Origin: Actinomycetota bacterium
GTDB taxonomy: Bacteria; Actinomycetota; UBA4738; HRBIN12
Direction: 5' to 3'
DNA length: 64,000 bases
Assembly (NCBI GenBank): GCA_041287635.1
Contig: JBGGNG010000003.1
Span: forward strand, 1,342-65,341
Below the pieces are notes generated by a model. That model saw nothing but the letters and a program-made list of their open reading frames with translations. It did not search any database and had not been told where the DNA came from. The stretch's first letter is position 1. Each line of letters opens with the position of its first letter. The position numbers and the translations under genes are program-made. Below, one piece after another: positions 37,279 through 46,046 of this stretch.

Positions 37279-38400
37279 ATGGAGCAGACGGCCACGACGT
37301 CGTCGGACGGCACGCCGATCGTGCCGGAGTTCAACGCATGGCTCGAGCAGCTCGTCGCCGGGGAAGGCTCGGACCTGCACGTGAAGGTCGGCTCGGCCCC
37401 GATGATCAGGCTTCCCAAGGGACTTCGCCGCCTCGACCGTGATCCGCTCACGGGCATCGAGTGCCAGGCGATCGCCGACGGCATCATCCCCCCGGATCGG
37501 ATGCAGCGGTTCCTCGACACCGGTGAGATCGACTTCGCCTACTCGATCCACAACGTCGGCCGGTTCCGCGTCAACGTGTTTCGCCAGCGCGGATCGGTGA
37601 GCATGGTGCTGCGGAAGCTGCGCTTCGGCGGGCCGTCGTTCGAGGAGGTCGGGCTCCCCGACGCGGTCCGCAAGATCGCCGAGGAGCAGCGAGGCCTGGT
37701 CCTCGTGACCGGACCGACCGGGTCGGGCAAGACGACGACCCTGGCCGCGATGATCGACTACATCAACAAGACCAAGCCGGTGCACATCGTCACGATCGAA
37801 GACCCGATCGAGGTGTTGCACAAGGACGACGTCGCATCGATCAATCAACGCGAGGTCGGAAACGACACGCAGGACTTCCTCGTGGCACTCCGCGCGGCCC
37901 TGCGGCAGGATCCCGACGTGATCCTGATCGGCGAGATGCGCGACACGGAGACGGTCCGCGCTGCGATCGCCGCAGCAGAGACCGGACACCTCGTGCTGTC
38001 GACACTGCACACGGTCGATGCGACCGAGACCGTCAACCGGGTGATCGACTTCTTCCCCCCCTATCAGCAGAAGCAGGTGCGACTCGCCCTCGCCGGGACG
38101 CTGCGCGGCATCATCTGTCAACGGCTCGTGCCGACGATCGACGGCACGAGGACGCCCGGGATCGAGATCCTGATCAACAACGGACGTGTCGCGGAGCGCA
38201 TCGCCGACCCCGACAAGACGCATGAGATCAAGGACGTGATCCAGGACGGCGGGTTCTACGGCATGGTCACGTTCGACCAGAGCCTGCTGCAGCTCGTGCA
38301 GGAAGGCAGGGTCACGGTCGAGGACGCGTTCCAAGCCGTCTCGAACCGCCACGACTTCGAGCTGGCGATGCAGCAAGCCGGCATGCCCCTCCCCGTCTAG
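37279..38400 (+). CDS. pilT: PilT-family type IV pilus retraction ATPase
   Basis: Walker A GPTGSGKTTT, Walker B DVILIGEMRD, His box ETGHLVLSTLHT, and a PilT-type C-terminus. Confidence 0.9.
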   Translation: MEQTATTSSDGTPIVPEFNAWLEQLVAGEGSDLHVKVGSAPMIRLPKGLRRLDRDPLTGIECQAIADGIIPPDRMQRFLDTGEIDFAYSIHNVGRFRVNVFRQRGSVSMVLRKLRFGGPSFEEVGLPDAVRKIAEEQRGLVLVTGPTGSGKTTTLAAMIDYINKTKPVHIVTIEDPIEVLHKDDVASINQREVGNDTQDFLVALRAALRQDPDVILIGEMRDTETVRAAIAAAETGHLVLSTLHTVDATETVNRVIDFFPPYQQKQVRLALAGTLRGIICQRLVPTIDGTRTPGIEILINNGRVAERIADPDKTHEIKDVIQDGGFYGMVTFDQSLLQLVQEGRVTVEDAFQAVSNRHDFELAMQQAGMPLPV

Positions 38401-38936
38401 GCGGCCGTCGGGCTCGCGGCGTCGCGCCGGCGGAAGCCGGCCAGGCCAGCCCCCGCTGCCGCCCCGACCAGCAGGCCGACGGCTCCCGCAGCGAGCCATG
38501 CTCTGCCGTCCGACTCGGACCCCGACGAGGTGGTGGGCGGTCCGGCGTCGGCGAGCGCCTGTACGCCGGTCTCCTCGCCGACCACGACCACCCCGTTCAT
38601 GCCCGGATGCAGCGTGCAGGCGAAGGGGTAGATGCCGTCGACCTTGAACGAGGTCGTGAACCGATCGCCCTGCCCCATGTCCTCGTAGTGACCCCACCCT
38701 GTGCCACTCACGTTGTGCGCGGTCGGGTCGCGGTTGACGAACGTGACCGTCTCGCCGACGTCGGCCCGGAGTGTCGACGGCGTGAAGCAGGCACCCTCCA
38801 GCACTACCTGTTCGGCAGATCCCTCGGTCGGAGCGCAATGGCCCCCGCCACCGGCGGCCGCGCTCGCTGCGCCTGTGAGCGCTCCGATCGTGCCTAGCAC
38901 GGCGATCGTCGCGATCCTTCGTGTGCGCGTCATCAC
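38397..38936 (-). CDS. Cupredoxin (plastocyanin/amicyanin-like) with signal peptide and C-terminal TM anchor
   Basis: MMTRTRRIATIAVLGTIGALTGAASAAA, AHNV, and FACTLHPGM (C-x2-H-x2-M). The tail is AWLAAGAVGLLVGAAAGAGLAGFRRRD. Confidence 0.75.
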   Translation of the reverse strand: MMTRTRRIATIAVLGTIGALTGAASAAAGGGGHCAPTEGSAEQVVLEGACFTPSTLRADVGETVTFVNRDPTAHNVSGTGWGHYEDMGQGDRFTTSFKVDGIYPFACTLHPGMNGVVVVGEETGVQALADAGPPTTSSGSESDGRAWLAAGAVGLLVGAAAGAGLAGFRRRDAASPTAA

Positions 38937-39000
38937 GGCCTCCCGTCCTCTCCCTCGATCTCGCCCTAACTACACCGACGAGAGGCGGGGGGTTCCCTTC

Positions 39001-39819
39001 TCAGCCCACATCGATGGCCGGTGTCACCGACTCGGCGATGCGGACCGCCTCGTGTCTGCCGAGCGTTGTCTCGAGGCGGAACGTGAACCCGGCGTCCTGC
39101 CAGATCAGCACGTTCCCGGTGACGAGCAGCTGGATCAGCTCGTCGCCTGCGATCAGTACGAGCTCGTGCTCACCGGTCGTCCAGAACGCTGGGCGGCCCT
39201 CGACGATCGCCTCGCCGTAGCGGTTCGTCTCGGCGAACAGCTCCTTCGACGCCACCTCCCACTCACCCTCGAACTGCATCAGCACCGCCCCTGCTTCGGT
39301 GCCGGGCAGGACCGGCACATCGGCGGTGGCCGGCCACGCGTTCACGATGCGTCGAACGACCTGATCCGGCGCGACGCCCACCTGCGCGTCGTCGACCCAC
39401 GTCCGGTCAGGGGGGCCGAGTGCCGCCGGCAGCGCGGCCGGGAACCCCGCGATCGCCGCGGCATCGTTCAGCGACACCTCACGCCCGAGGTCGGCGGACG
39501 TCGCAACGTTCGTGGGCAGCGCCGTCGGCCTGCCGGGCAGCACCTCGACCGCCACGGCCCCGAGCTCGATCACCACCCTGGCCGCCAAGGCGGCGCCGGC
39601 GAGCGCGAGCAGCGCTGCGGCGATCACCAGCAGCGTGCGTCGGCGGCTGGGGAGCGAGAGCCGGGGCGCGACCATCGATGGCGAGCCTTCGAACGCGCGG
39701 ATCGTGGTGCCGACCGCCGTCGCGACGTCGGGCGTCCGAGGCCAGTCGACGCGGCCGGCCAGCTCGGCGAGGGCCGCATCCATCTGCTCCTCGGTCGGCG
39801 GGCGCATCCGGTCGCTCAT
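39001..39819 (-). CDS. Putative membrane-anchored anti-sigma factor / DUF4367-like protein
   Basis: ATGA overlap with the upstream ECF sigma gene. It has a single TM segment, TLLVIAAALLALAGAALAA. I trimmed it from track ORF 39001..40173. Confidence 0.5.
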   Translation of the reverse strand: MSDRMRPPTEEQMDAALAELAGRVDWPRTPDVATAVGTTIRAFEGSPSMVAPRLSLPSRRRTLLVIAAALLALAGAALAARVVIELGAVAVEVLPGRPTALPTNVATSADLGREVSLNDAAAIAGFPAALPAALGPPDRTWVDDAQVGVAPDQVVRRIVNAWPATADVPVLPGTEAGAVLMQFEGEWEVASKELFAETNRYGEAIVEGRPAFWTTGEHELVLIAGDELIQLLVTGNVLIWQDAGFTFRLETTLGRHEAVRIAESVTPAIDVG

Positions 39820-40433
39820 CGGCTCTCCACCTCCACGACGGTCGCGGCCGAGGCCACCTCCGTGCGGAGCCGCACGAGCGCTCTCGAGAGCCTGGACTTC
39901 ACCGTGCCGGGAGCCACGTCGAGCGCCTCGGCGGTCTCGGACTCGGACATCTCGAGCAGGTACCGGTAGGCCACCACCATCCGGTCGCGCTCTGGAAGCC
40001 GGTCGAGCGCGGCGACCAGGACCTCGGCGTCCGCGCGTTCGAGCGCCGCTGCCTCTGGCGCCGGAGCCGCGTCGCCCGATCCGATCGCGGCCGCCCGCAC
40101 CGCGAGGCTTTCTCGGCGCCGTACGGAACGCCCGCGGTTGCGCGCCTCGTTCGCCACGATCCGCAGGACCCACGGCCGGAACGGCGCGCCGGGTCGGAAC
40201 CTCGGCAGCGCGAAGTACGCCTTCACGAACGCGTCCTGCACGGCATCCTCCGCCTCGCCACGGTCGCGCACGACCAGCCAGGCGACGCGGAAGGCGACTG
40301 CCTGGTACCGCGTCACCAGCTCTTCGAACGCGCCGACGTCGCCGTCGCGGGCTCGGGCGGCGAGCTCGGCGTCTTCCGATGGTCGGCCCTGCACAGGGCG
40401 CTGATCGCTCACGTCTCGACCGTCATACACCAC
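39816..40433 (-). CDS. ECF (sigma-70 family) RNA polymerase sigma factor
   Basis: Region 2 is VQDAFVKAYFALPRFR...PWVLRIVANEA. Region 4 is ETAEALDVAPGTVKSRLSRAL. Confidence 0.85.
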   Translation of the reverse strand: MVYDGRDVSDQRPVQGRPSEDAELAARARDGDVGAFEELVTRYQAVAFRVAWLVVRDRGEAEDAVQDAFVKAYFALPRFRPGAPFRPWVLRIVANEARNRGRSVRRRESLAVRAAAIGSGDAAPAPEAAALERADAEVLVAALDRLPERDRMVVAYRYLLEMSESETAEALDVAPGTVKSRLSRALVRLRTEVASAATVVEVESR

Positions 40434-40459
40434 CGAACGGGTCCCGGTTCCCGACGCGC

Positions 40460-40491
40460 GAAAGGGCGCCCGATTCGGCGGGCGCCCTTTC
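40460..40491 (-). terminator. Intrinsic-terminator-like hairpin after the nfeD-SPFH operon
   Basis: A perfect 13-bp GC-rich stem, GAAAGGGCGCCCG / CGGGCGCCCTTTC, with a 6-nt loop, 23 nt downstream of the SPFH stop. There is no clear U-tract, which is common in high-GC genomes. Confidence 0.5.
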
Positions 40492-40513
40492 GGAGCCGAT
40501 GTGAGCGATCAGT

Positions 40514-41458
40514 TCAGGATGCCGAGGACGCGGCCTCGGATCCCGACGCCGGGCCGTTCGCCGATGCGGCCTCCGCCACGGCCGTGAAGCCGGAGACGAG
40601 GCTCGAGAGCTCCATCGGGACGATGACCTTCGACGACGGCGACATCCCGAGGGATCGCAGAGCCTCGAGGTACTGCAGCTTCATCGTCTTGGCATCGGCG
40701 CCCATCGCTTGCTCGTTGATCGTCTTCAGCGCGAGCGCGAAACCCTCGGCGCGCAGGATCGCAGCCTGCCGCTCACCCTCGGCCGTGAGGATCGCAGCCT
40801 GCTTCGAGCCCTCGGCGTTCAGGATCGCTGATTCCTTGTTGCCCTCGGCGACCGTGATCGCTGCGGCCTTCTGTCCGTCGGCCTCTGTGACGACCGCACG
40901 GCGCGTGCGTTCGGCCGACATCTGACGGGTCATCGCCTCCTGTACCGCAGCGGGCGGGATGATCTCGCGGATCTCGACGTTCGTGACCTTCACGCCCCAT
41001 CGCTCCGTCACCTCGTCGAGCTTGATGCGCAGCAGCGTGTTGATCTCGTCACGCTTGGCGAGCATGTCGTCGAGAGGGATGTCGCCGATCACCGCTCGAA
41101 GCGTGGTCGACGCGATGTTCAGCGCGGCGCCCGCGAAGTTGCCGACCTGCACGACCGAGGTCTGCGCGTCCATCACCTTGTAGAACATGACGAAGTCGAC
41201 CGCGATCGGCGCGTTGTCCTTGGTGATGGAGTCCTGCCGCGGGATCTCCAGGTAGAACTCGCGCAGGTCGACCGTGATGCCCCGGTCGACGAAGGGGATC
41301 AAGATCACGAGCCCTGGCCCCTTCTGCCCGAGCAGGCGGCCGAGGCGGAAGACCACGAGCCGTTGGTACTCGGGAACGACCTTGATCGCCTTGGCCAAGA
41401 ACAGCACGACCAGCACCAGCACCACGACCAGGGCGATCAGCGCAGGATTGATGTTCAT
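40514..41458 (-). CDS. SPFH/band 7 (stomatin/slipin-like) protein
   Basis: N-terminal TM segment, then VPEYQRLVVFRLGR...ITKDNAPIAVD, with a C-terminal AEG-repeat coiled coil. Confidence 0.9.
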   Translation of the reverse strand: MNINPALIALVVVLVLVVLFLAKAIKVVPEYQRLVVFRLGRLLGQKGPGLVILIPFVDRGITVDLREFYLEIPRQDSITKDNAPIAVDFVMFYKVMDAQTSVVQVGNFAGAALNIASTTLRAVIGDIPLDDMLAKRDEINTLLRIKLDEVTERWGVKVTNVEIREIIPPAAVQEAMTRQMSAERTRRAVVTEADGQKAAAITVAEGNKESAILNAEGSKQAAILTAEGERQAAILRAEGFALALKTINEQAMGADAKTMKLQYLEALRSLGMSPSSKVIVPMELSSLVSGFTAVAEAASANGPASGSEAASSAS

Positions 41459-42852
41459 CGGTGGTCTCCTTCCTCATCGGCCGCGGGAACCGAGGCCGTC
41501 TCGTGCTCGATCGTGTCGCGATCGACGGTGAGCACGAGCCCGTCGAGCCGGGTGACCGTGACCGGGGCGCCCGCCGGGATCGAGGAGCCGTCGGCCGATG
41601 TGGCGCGCCATTCCTCCGAAGCGACACGCACGATTCCGTTCGGGGTCAATCCTGCACCGAGCGCGACGCCGGTCTGTCCGACCACGGTCTCAACGCCGTG
41701 AGCCGCCGGCATGCGGCGGATCGAGAGCACCTTGCGCAGCACGACCGCGAAGAACACGCCGACGAAGGCGGCGGTGCCCACGAGCACGGCTGGCGACACC
41801 GAGACGCCTCCGGCGCGGTCGTACAGGAACCACCCGCCGAGCAGCAAGCAGATCGTGCCCGCGATGCCCCACAGGCCGAACCCGGGGGCGTTCAACTCCA
41901 CCACCATCAGCACGGCAGCGGCGACGAGCAGGATGATGCCGATCAGCTGCACCGGCAGCACACCGAACGACACGATCGCGAGGATCAGCATCGCGGTGCC
42001 GATCGTGCCGGAGAAGATGTGACCGGGCACGAGCAGTTCGAGCACGATCAAGGCGAGACCGAGCCAGAAGAAGACGAACGCGAGGGTCGGATCCAGCAAC
42101 GTGTGGAGGAACCCGACGAAGCCACCCATCGACCGGTCGACGACCGGCGCGCCTGCGGTCTCGAGCGTGATCTCGTCGCCGTCGCCGAGGGTGACCGTCT
42201 CGCCGTCGATCTCGTCGAGGAGCGCCTCGGTGGTCGGCGCGATGAGGTCGATGACACCGTCGGCGAGTGCCTGTTCGGCGCTGATGCTGACGGCGTCGGT
42301 CACGAACGACTCGGCCACGTCGGCGTTGCGGTCGTACTCCTCGGCGATCGCGCGCATCGAGGCGGCCGCGTCGTTCACCGCCTTGTCGGAGCCGACCGCG
42401 CCGTCGAGGCCCACCGGGGTCGCTGCGCCCACGTTCGTGCCGGGCGCCATCGCGGCGATGTCGCACGACAACAGGACGAACGATCCCGCCGACGCCGCCC
42501 GAGCGCCCGACGGAGCCACGAAGCAGACCACGGGCACTTGGGCGTTCAAGGTCGCCTGCGTGATCTCGCGGGTCGACGACACGAGGCCGCCCGGGGTATC
42601 GATCTCGATCAACACGGCGGATGCGTCGGAGTCGGCGGCCTCCTGGATCCCGTTCACGAGGTAGTCGGCGACGAACGGATCGACCACGCCGTCGAGGTGC
42701 AGCTGCAGGATCGAACCCTGACCGGAGGACTGGGCGCTCGAGGGAGCGGCGAGGACGATCAGACCGAGGACCGTGAGAGCCAGCGCGATGGTGAGCCGAG
42801 CCGCGTGACCCAACCGTGTCGTCGTCATCTCCGTGCCATGGATTCGCCACAT
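41455..42852 (-). CDS. NfeD family membrane-bound ClpP-class serine protease
   Basis: Signal/TM segment, then IEIDTPGGLVSSTREI...ARAASAGSFVLL, a polytopic middle region and a C-terminal NfeD OB-like domain. It overlaps the SPFH gene by 4 nt. The start is ATG 42852 or 42828. Confidence 0.85.
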   Translation of the reverse strand: MWRIHGTEMTTTRLGHAARLTIALALTVLGLIVLAAPSSAQSSGQGSILQLHLDGVVDPFVADYLVNGIQEAADSDASAVLIEIDTPGGLVSSTREITQATLNAQVPVVCFVAPSGARAASAGSFVLLSCDIAAMAPGTNVGAATPVGLDGAVGSDKAVNDAAASMRAIAEEYDRNADVAESFVTDAVSISAEQALADGVIDLIAPTTEALLDEIDGETVTLGDGDEITLETAGAPVVDRSMGGFVGFLHTLLDPTLAFVFFWLGLALIVLELLVPGHIFSGTIGTAMLILAIVSFGVLPVQLIGIILLVAAAVLMVVELNAPGFGLWGIAGTICLLLGGWFLYDRAGGVSVSPAVLVGTAAFVGVFFAVVLRKVLSIRRMPAAHGVETVVGQTGVALGAGLTPNGIVRVASEEWRATSADGSSIPAGAPVTVTRLDGLVLTVDRDTIEHETASVPAADEEGDHR

Positions 42853-43017
42853 GTTGCGGTTCGGTTCTCCTTCGTCGGTTCGCGGAACCGAGCCTAGCCT
42901 GCGGGCGAACCCGATACAGGCAAGGAACGTCGGAGTACGATGGACCTTCGCGACCGTGGGTCGTGTCGGCGGCAAGCCGCGATCGTCCGAGGCTCCGTAT
43001 ACCGGAAGGACCACCGG

Positions 43018-43590
43018 GTGCAGGCTCGCAACGACGGACCGCTCCTCCCGAAAGAGGAACAGCAACTGATGGAAGGGCTCCTGGCCGGCAGCGACGATGC
43101 GATCCGCGCGCTCTACGCGCGGTACGGTCGACCGATCTACTCCCTCGGCTATCGGCTGCTGGGCACCCGAGAGTCGGCGGAGGAGCTCACCCAGGACGTC
43201 TTCCTCACCGCGTGGCGCAAGGCCGCGCGGTTCGACCCCACACGGGGCCGCCTGTCGACGTGGCTGATGACGATCGCGCACAACCTCGCGGTCGACCGGC
43301 TCCGTCGGGAGACGGGCGTCTCCCGGCCCACCCTCGTGCTCGTCGACGAGGTGCCCGATGCACCGGGGCTCGACGAGGAGGCCGTGCTGATCGAACGAGA
43401 TGCGGCGCTTCGGGCGCTGTCATCGCTCACCGAAGCCGAGCGGCGGCTGGTGGCGCGTGCCTACTTCCGGGGCATGACCGCTCGTGAGATCGCCGAGTCA
43501 GACGGTATCCCGCTCGGGACGGTCAAGACCCGGCTCCGCTCGGCGATGATCAAGGTCCGGAAGGCGAACGAGGGCAAGGAACTGGTGTGA
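43018..43590 (+). CDS. ECF RNA polymerase sigma factor
   Basis: TQDVFLTAWRKAARFD...TWLMTIAHNLAVD, and REIAESDGIPLGTVKTRLRSAM. The start is GTG 43018 after GGAAGGA; alternatives are 42940 and 43069. Confidence 0.85.
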   Translation: MQARNDGPLLPKEEQQLMEGLLAGSDDAIRALYARYGRPIYSLGYRLLGTRESAEELTQDVFLTAWRKAARFDPTRGRLSTWLMTIAHNLAVDRLRRETGVSRPTLVLVDEVPDAPGLDEEAVLIERDAALRALSSLTEAERRLVARAYFRGMTAREIAESDGIPLGTVKTRLRSAMIKVRKANEGKELV

Positions 43591-44387
43591 ACTGCACGAC
43601 CGTGCGCGACCGACTGGCGGAGCACGCCCTCGGCGTCCTGCCCCCGCGCGACGGCGCGCCCGTCGACCGCCATCTGACCTGGTGTGCGGCCTGCCGGAAG
43701 GAGGCGGGCGAGCTGCAGCGCGCGACCGCCACCCTCGCGTTCGGCGTGGCCCCACTCGAGCCATCTGCAGACGTGGAGGATCGCGTCGCCGGTGCGGTTC
43801 GCGAGGCGGTCGCCCGTCGCGACCGCCGCCCGACGACCGCCCGCCGGAGCCGGCTCACGCTCGTCGCAGCACTCGCCGCGATGCTCGCCGTGCTCGGCAC
43901 CGGCTGGGGCGCCGTGATGGCGAACCGGGCCGCGGATTCGGATCGGCTGGTGCAGCTCGAGACGCTCCGCTCGCAGAGCGCCGTGGAGCGCTTCCGGGAC
44001 CTGCTGAACTCCGCCGAGTTCGGGGACCCGGAGGACGAGGTGTTCCTCGGCACGCTCAACCCGTCTGCCTCCGGCGGTGGCGGGGGAAGCGCGCTCACGC
44101 TCGTCTCACCGTCGATTATCGACATGGCGATCGTGCTCGTGAACGGCGTGCCCGAGGAGACACGCGACCTGCTGCCGTTCACGGTCCGCCTCCGCGGCGC
44201 CGATAGCGTGTTGATGGTCGGTCGCATCGAGAAGGGCGGGCTCGACGACAGCGGCGCCGGCATCGTGATGCGAGAGTTCAACGAGCTCGCCGGGTACGAC
44301 TCGGTGGTCGTGCGCGACGTGAACGGCGACGTCGTGCTGAGCGGCTCGATGCAGACGCGGGCCACCGTCACCAGCCCGGGCCCGTAG
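43587..44387 (+). CDS. Zinc-finger (zf-HC2) anti-sigma factor, single-pass membrane
   Basis: HLTWCAACRKE (H-x3-C-x2-C), TM segment LTLVAALAAMLAVLGTGWGAV, and a GTGA overlap with the sigma gene. Confidence 0.8.
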   Translation: MNCTTVRDRLAEHALGVLPPRDGAPVDRHLTWCAACRKEAGELQRATATLAFGVAPLEPSADVEDRVAGAVREAVARRDRRPTTARRSRLTLVAALAAMLAVLGTGWGAVMANRAADSDRLVQLETLRSQSAVERFRDLLNSAEFGDPEDEVFLGTLNPSASGGGGGSALTLVSPSIIDMAIVLVNGVPEETRDLLPFTVRLRGADSVLMVGRIEKGGLDDSGAGIVMREFNELAGYDSVVVRDVNGDVVLSGSMQTRATVTSPGP

Positions 44388-44427
44388 AGGGCGCGGGGAG
44401 GCGGCTCCCGACCCGTATCCTGCCCGT

Positions 44428-45435
44428 ATGCGATTCGGCCTCAGCCTCCCGCACTATGGCTTCTCGCTCCCCGGCGGAGCCCCGATCACGTTCGAGGCGA
44501 TGTGCGAGTGGGCCGAGCGCGCCGAACGGCTCGGGTTCGATTCGATCTGGGTCTCGGACCATTTCTTCTACTCGTTCGATCGGTACGGCGTCGATCCGAC
44601 GCCGATCGCCGCGATCGAGCCCCTGACCGCGATCGCCGGGCTGGCGACCGTAACGGATCGCATCCGCATGGGAACCCTCGTGCTCGGTGCGCCGTTCCGT
44701 CACCCGTCGATCCTCGCGAAGATGGCGACGACGATCGACTGCATCTCCGGAGGACGGCTCGATCTCGGCCTGGGGGCCGGCTGGCTCGAGCAGGAATTCA
44801 TCTCGTTCGGCTACCGATACGGCACCGCCGGCGAGCGGTTCGATGCGCTCGAGGGATCGTTGCAAGCGCTGCACGCGCTGTTCGCCGGTGAGCCCGCCAC
44901 GCTCGAGGGTCGCACGGTCTCCTTGCGTGATGCGCATCTGTTGCCTGCCCCCGTCCAGCCGCGCATCCCCGTGTGGGTGGGCGGCAAGGGTGGGCCGCGT
45001 CTGCTGCGTCTCGCCGCCCGATATGCGGACGGTTGGAACGCGGCGTGGCGGTGGACACCCGAGACCTACGGCGAACGTGCGGCGGCCGCCCACGCGGCAT
45101 GCGAGCGTGAGGACCGTGATCCGTCGACATTCCGGCTCTCCGTCGGGCTTTACTCGCTGCTGGGCGAGACCGAGGCGGCGTTCCTGGATGCGTTCGAACG
45201 AGCGAGGGCGTCGATGCCCGGAGATGCGATGCGCGAGGAAACCGAGGCGTCGTGGCGCGCCGACACGCTCTCGGGCACCCCCGACGAGGTGATCGAGCGG
45301 GTCCTCGCGTTCGACGCGGTGGGCGTGGAGGAGATCGTGGTCGCGCCCTGGGTCCTGCCCTTCTCGGTACAGGAGCCCGAGATGGTCGACCTGTTCGCCG
45401 AGCGGATCATCCCTGCGTTCCGCGGCCTCGCATGA
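44428..45435 (+). CDS. LLM-class (luciferase-like) F420-dependent-type oxidoreductase
   Basis: MRFGLSLPHYG...GFDSIWVSDHFF...LGLGAGW, typical of the LLM family. Confidence 0.85.
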   Translation: MRFGLSLPHYGFSLPGGAPITFEAMCEWAERAERLGFDSIWVSDHFFYSFDRYGVDPTPIAAIEPLTAIAGLATVTDRIRMGTLVLGAPFRHPSILAKMATTIDCISGGRLDLGLGAGWLEQEFISFGYRYGTAGERFDALEGSLQALHALFAGEPATLEGRTVSLRDAHLLPAPVQPRIPVWVGGKGGPRLLRLAARYADGWNAAWRWTPETYGERAAAAHAACEREDRDPSTFRLSVGLYSLLGETEAAFLDAFERARASMPGDAMREETEASWRADTLSGTPDEVIERVLAFDAVGVEEIVVAPWVLPFSVQEPEMVDLFAERIIPAFRGLA

Positions 45436-45689
45436 CTCGGCCGATGGACGACGGCACGACGGGCGACCCGCTCGCGTCGGCGGTGTCGGTGCTGCGCGAC
45501 GCCGCGGAACCGCTCCATTGGACGGTGATCCTGGATCGCGCCCTGCGTGCGGGCCTCCTCGACCCGTTCACGACACCCAACGTGCGCCGTGAGCTCCTCG
45601 CGGCACTCCGTCGCGGTGTGGAGGCGGGCGAGCTGCGCCTCGCCGACACCGGCGTCTATGAACTCGCTCGTTCGCCGAGCGACGGCTGA
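45432..45689 (+). CDS. Small winged-helix (HARE-HTH-like) protein
   Basis: 85 aa, AVSVLRDAAEPLHWTVILDRALRAGLL...GVYELA. ATGA overlap with the LLM gene. The family assignment is tentative. Confidence 0.45.
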   Translation: MTRPMDDGTTGDPLASAVSVLRDAAEPLHWTVILDRALRAGLLDPFTTPNVRRELLAALRRGVEAGELRLADTGVYELARSPSDG

Positions 45690-45699
45690 CGGGTGTGAA

Positions 45700-45966
45700 C
45701 TAGGCGGCCTTCGCCTTCGGCGGCCGCCCGCGGCGCTTCCCGGTGGCGGTGCGAGCGGACGGCTTCCTGGTGCTCGATACGGCGCCCCCGCCGGCGACCA
45801 CGCCCTTGCGGCGACCCGGCCGGGGCTTGCGGGCCCCCGCGACCAATTCGTTGACGTGGTTCGAGCAGAGGTCCTTCACGAAGTTGCCGCGTGAGACCTT
45901 GATCGTGATGGTTTCGGCGGCGGGTCTGCCGCACGCATCACATACGAGGATCGTCTTCTCAGCCAT
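45700..45966 (-). CDS. Lsr2 N-terminal-domain-like small nucleoid-associated protein with AT-hook tail
   Basis: MAEKTILVCDACGRPAAETITIKVSRGNFVKDLCSNHVNELV parallels the Lsr2 dimerisation domain pattern (MAKK..V.L.DD.DG..A.ETV.F...G..YEIDL). The basic tail contains GKRRGRPPKAK. Confidence 0.5.
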   Translation of the reverse strand: MAEKTILVCDACGRPAAETITIKVSRGNFVKDLCSNHVNELVAGARKPRPGRRKGVVAGGGAVSSTRKPSARTATGKRRGRPPKAKAA

Positions 45967-46046
45967 CCCTTCCCCCTCCGTCGTTGCGAGAGCTCAGGAT
46001 ACGTGCAACCGGATGCATTGCACCAGTCGCGGCGCGTCATCGGAGG

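Noticed and set aside
35300-37384. 694-aa + ORF crossing mrp, the intergenic region and the ArsR-like gene
   Set aside because: It crosses a clear divergent promoter region and two motif-bearing genes, and its composition is Ser/Arg/Pro-biased.
40740-40900. Periodic DNA repeats (GGATCGCAGCCTGC...CTCGGC) that might look like a short repeat array
   Set aside because: They lie inside the SPFH gene and encode the family-typical AEG-x-QAAIL coiled-coil repeats. There are no spacers and no cas genes, so this is not a CRISPR array.
40514-42852. nfeD-SPFH pair as something unusual
   Set aside because: This is the classic, widely conserved NfeD/stomatin operon, so it is ordinary.
46003-46023. Hairpin GTGCAA-n9-TTGCAC as a glpX terminator
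   Set aside because: The stem is only 6 bp and AT-containing, with a 9-nt loop and no U-tract. That is too weak to call, and it may equally belong to the promoter region of the Lsr2-like gene.
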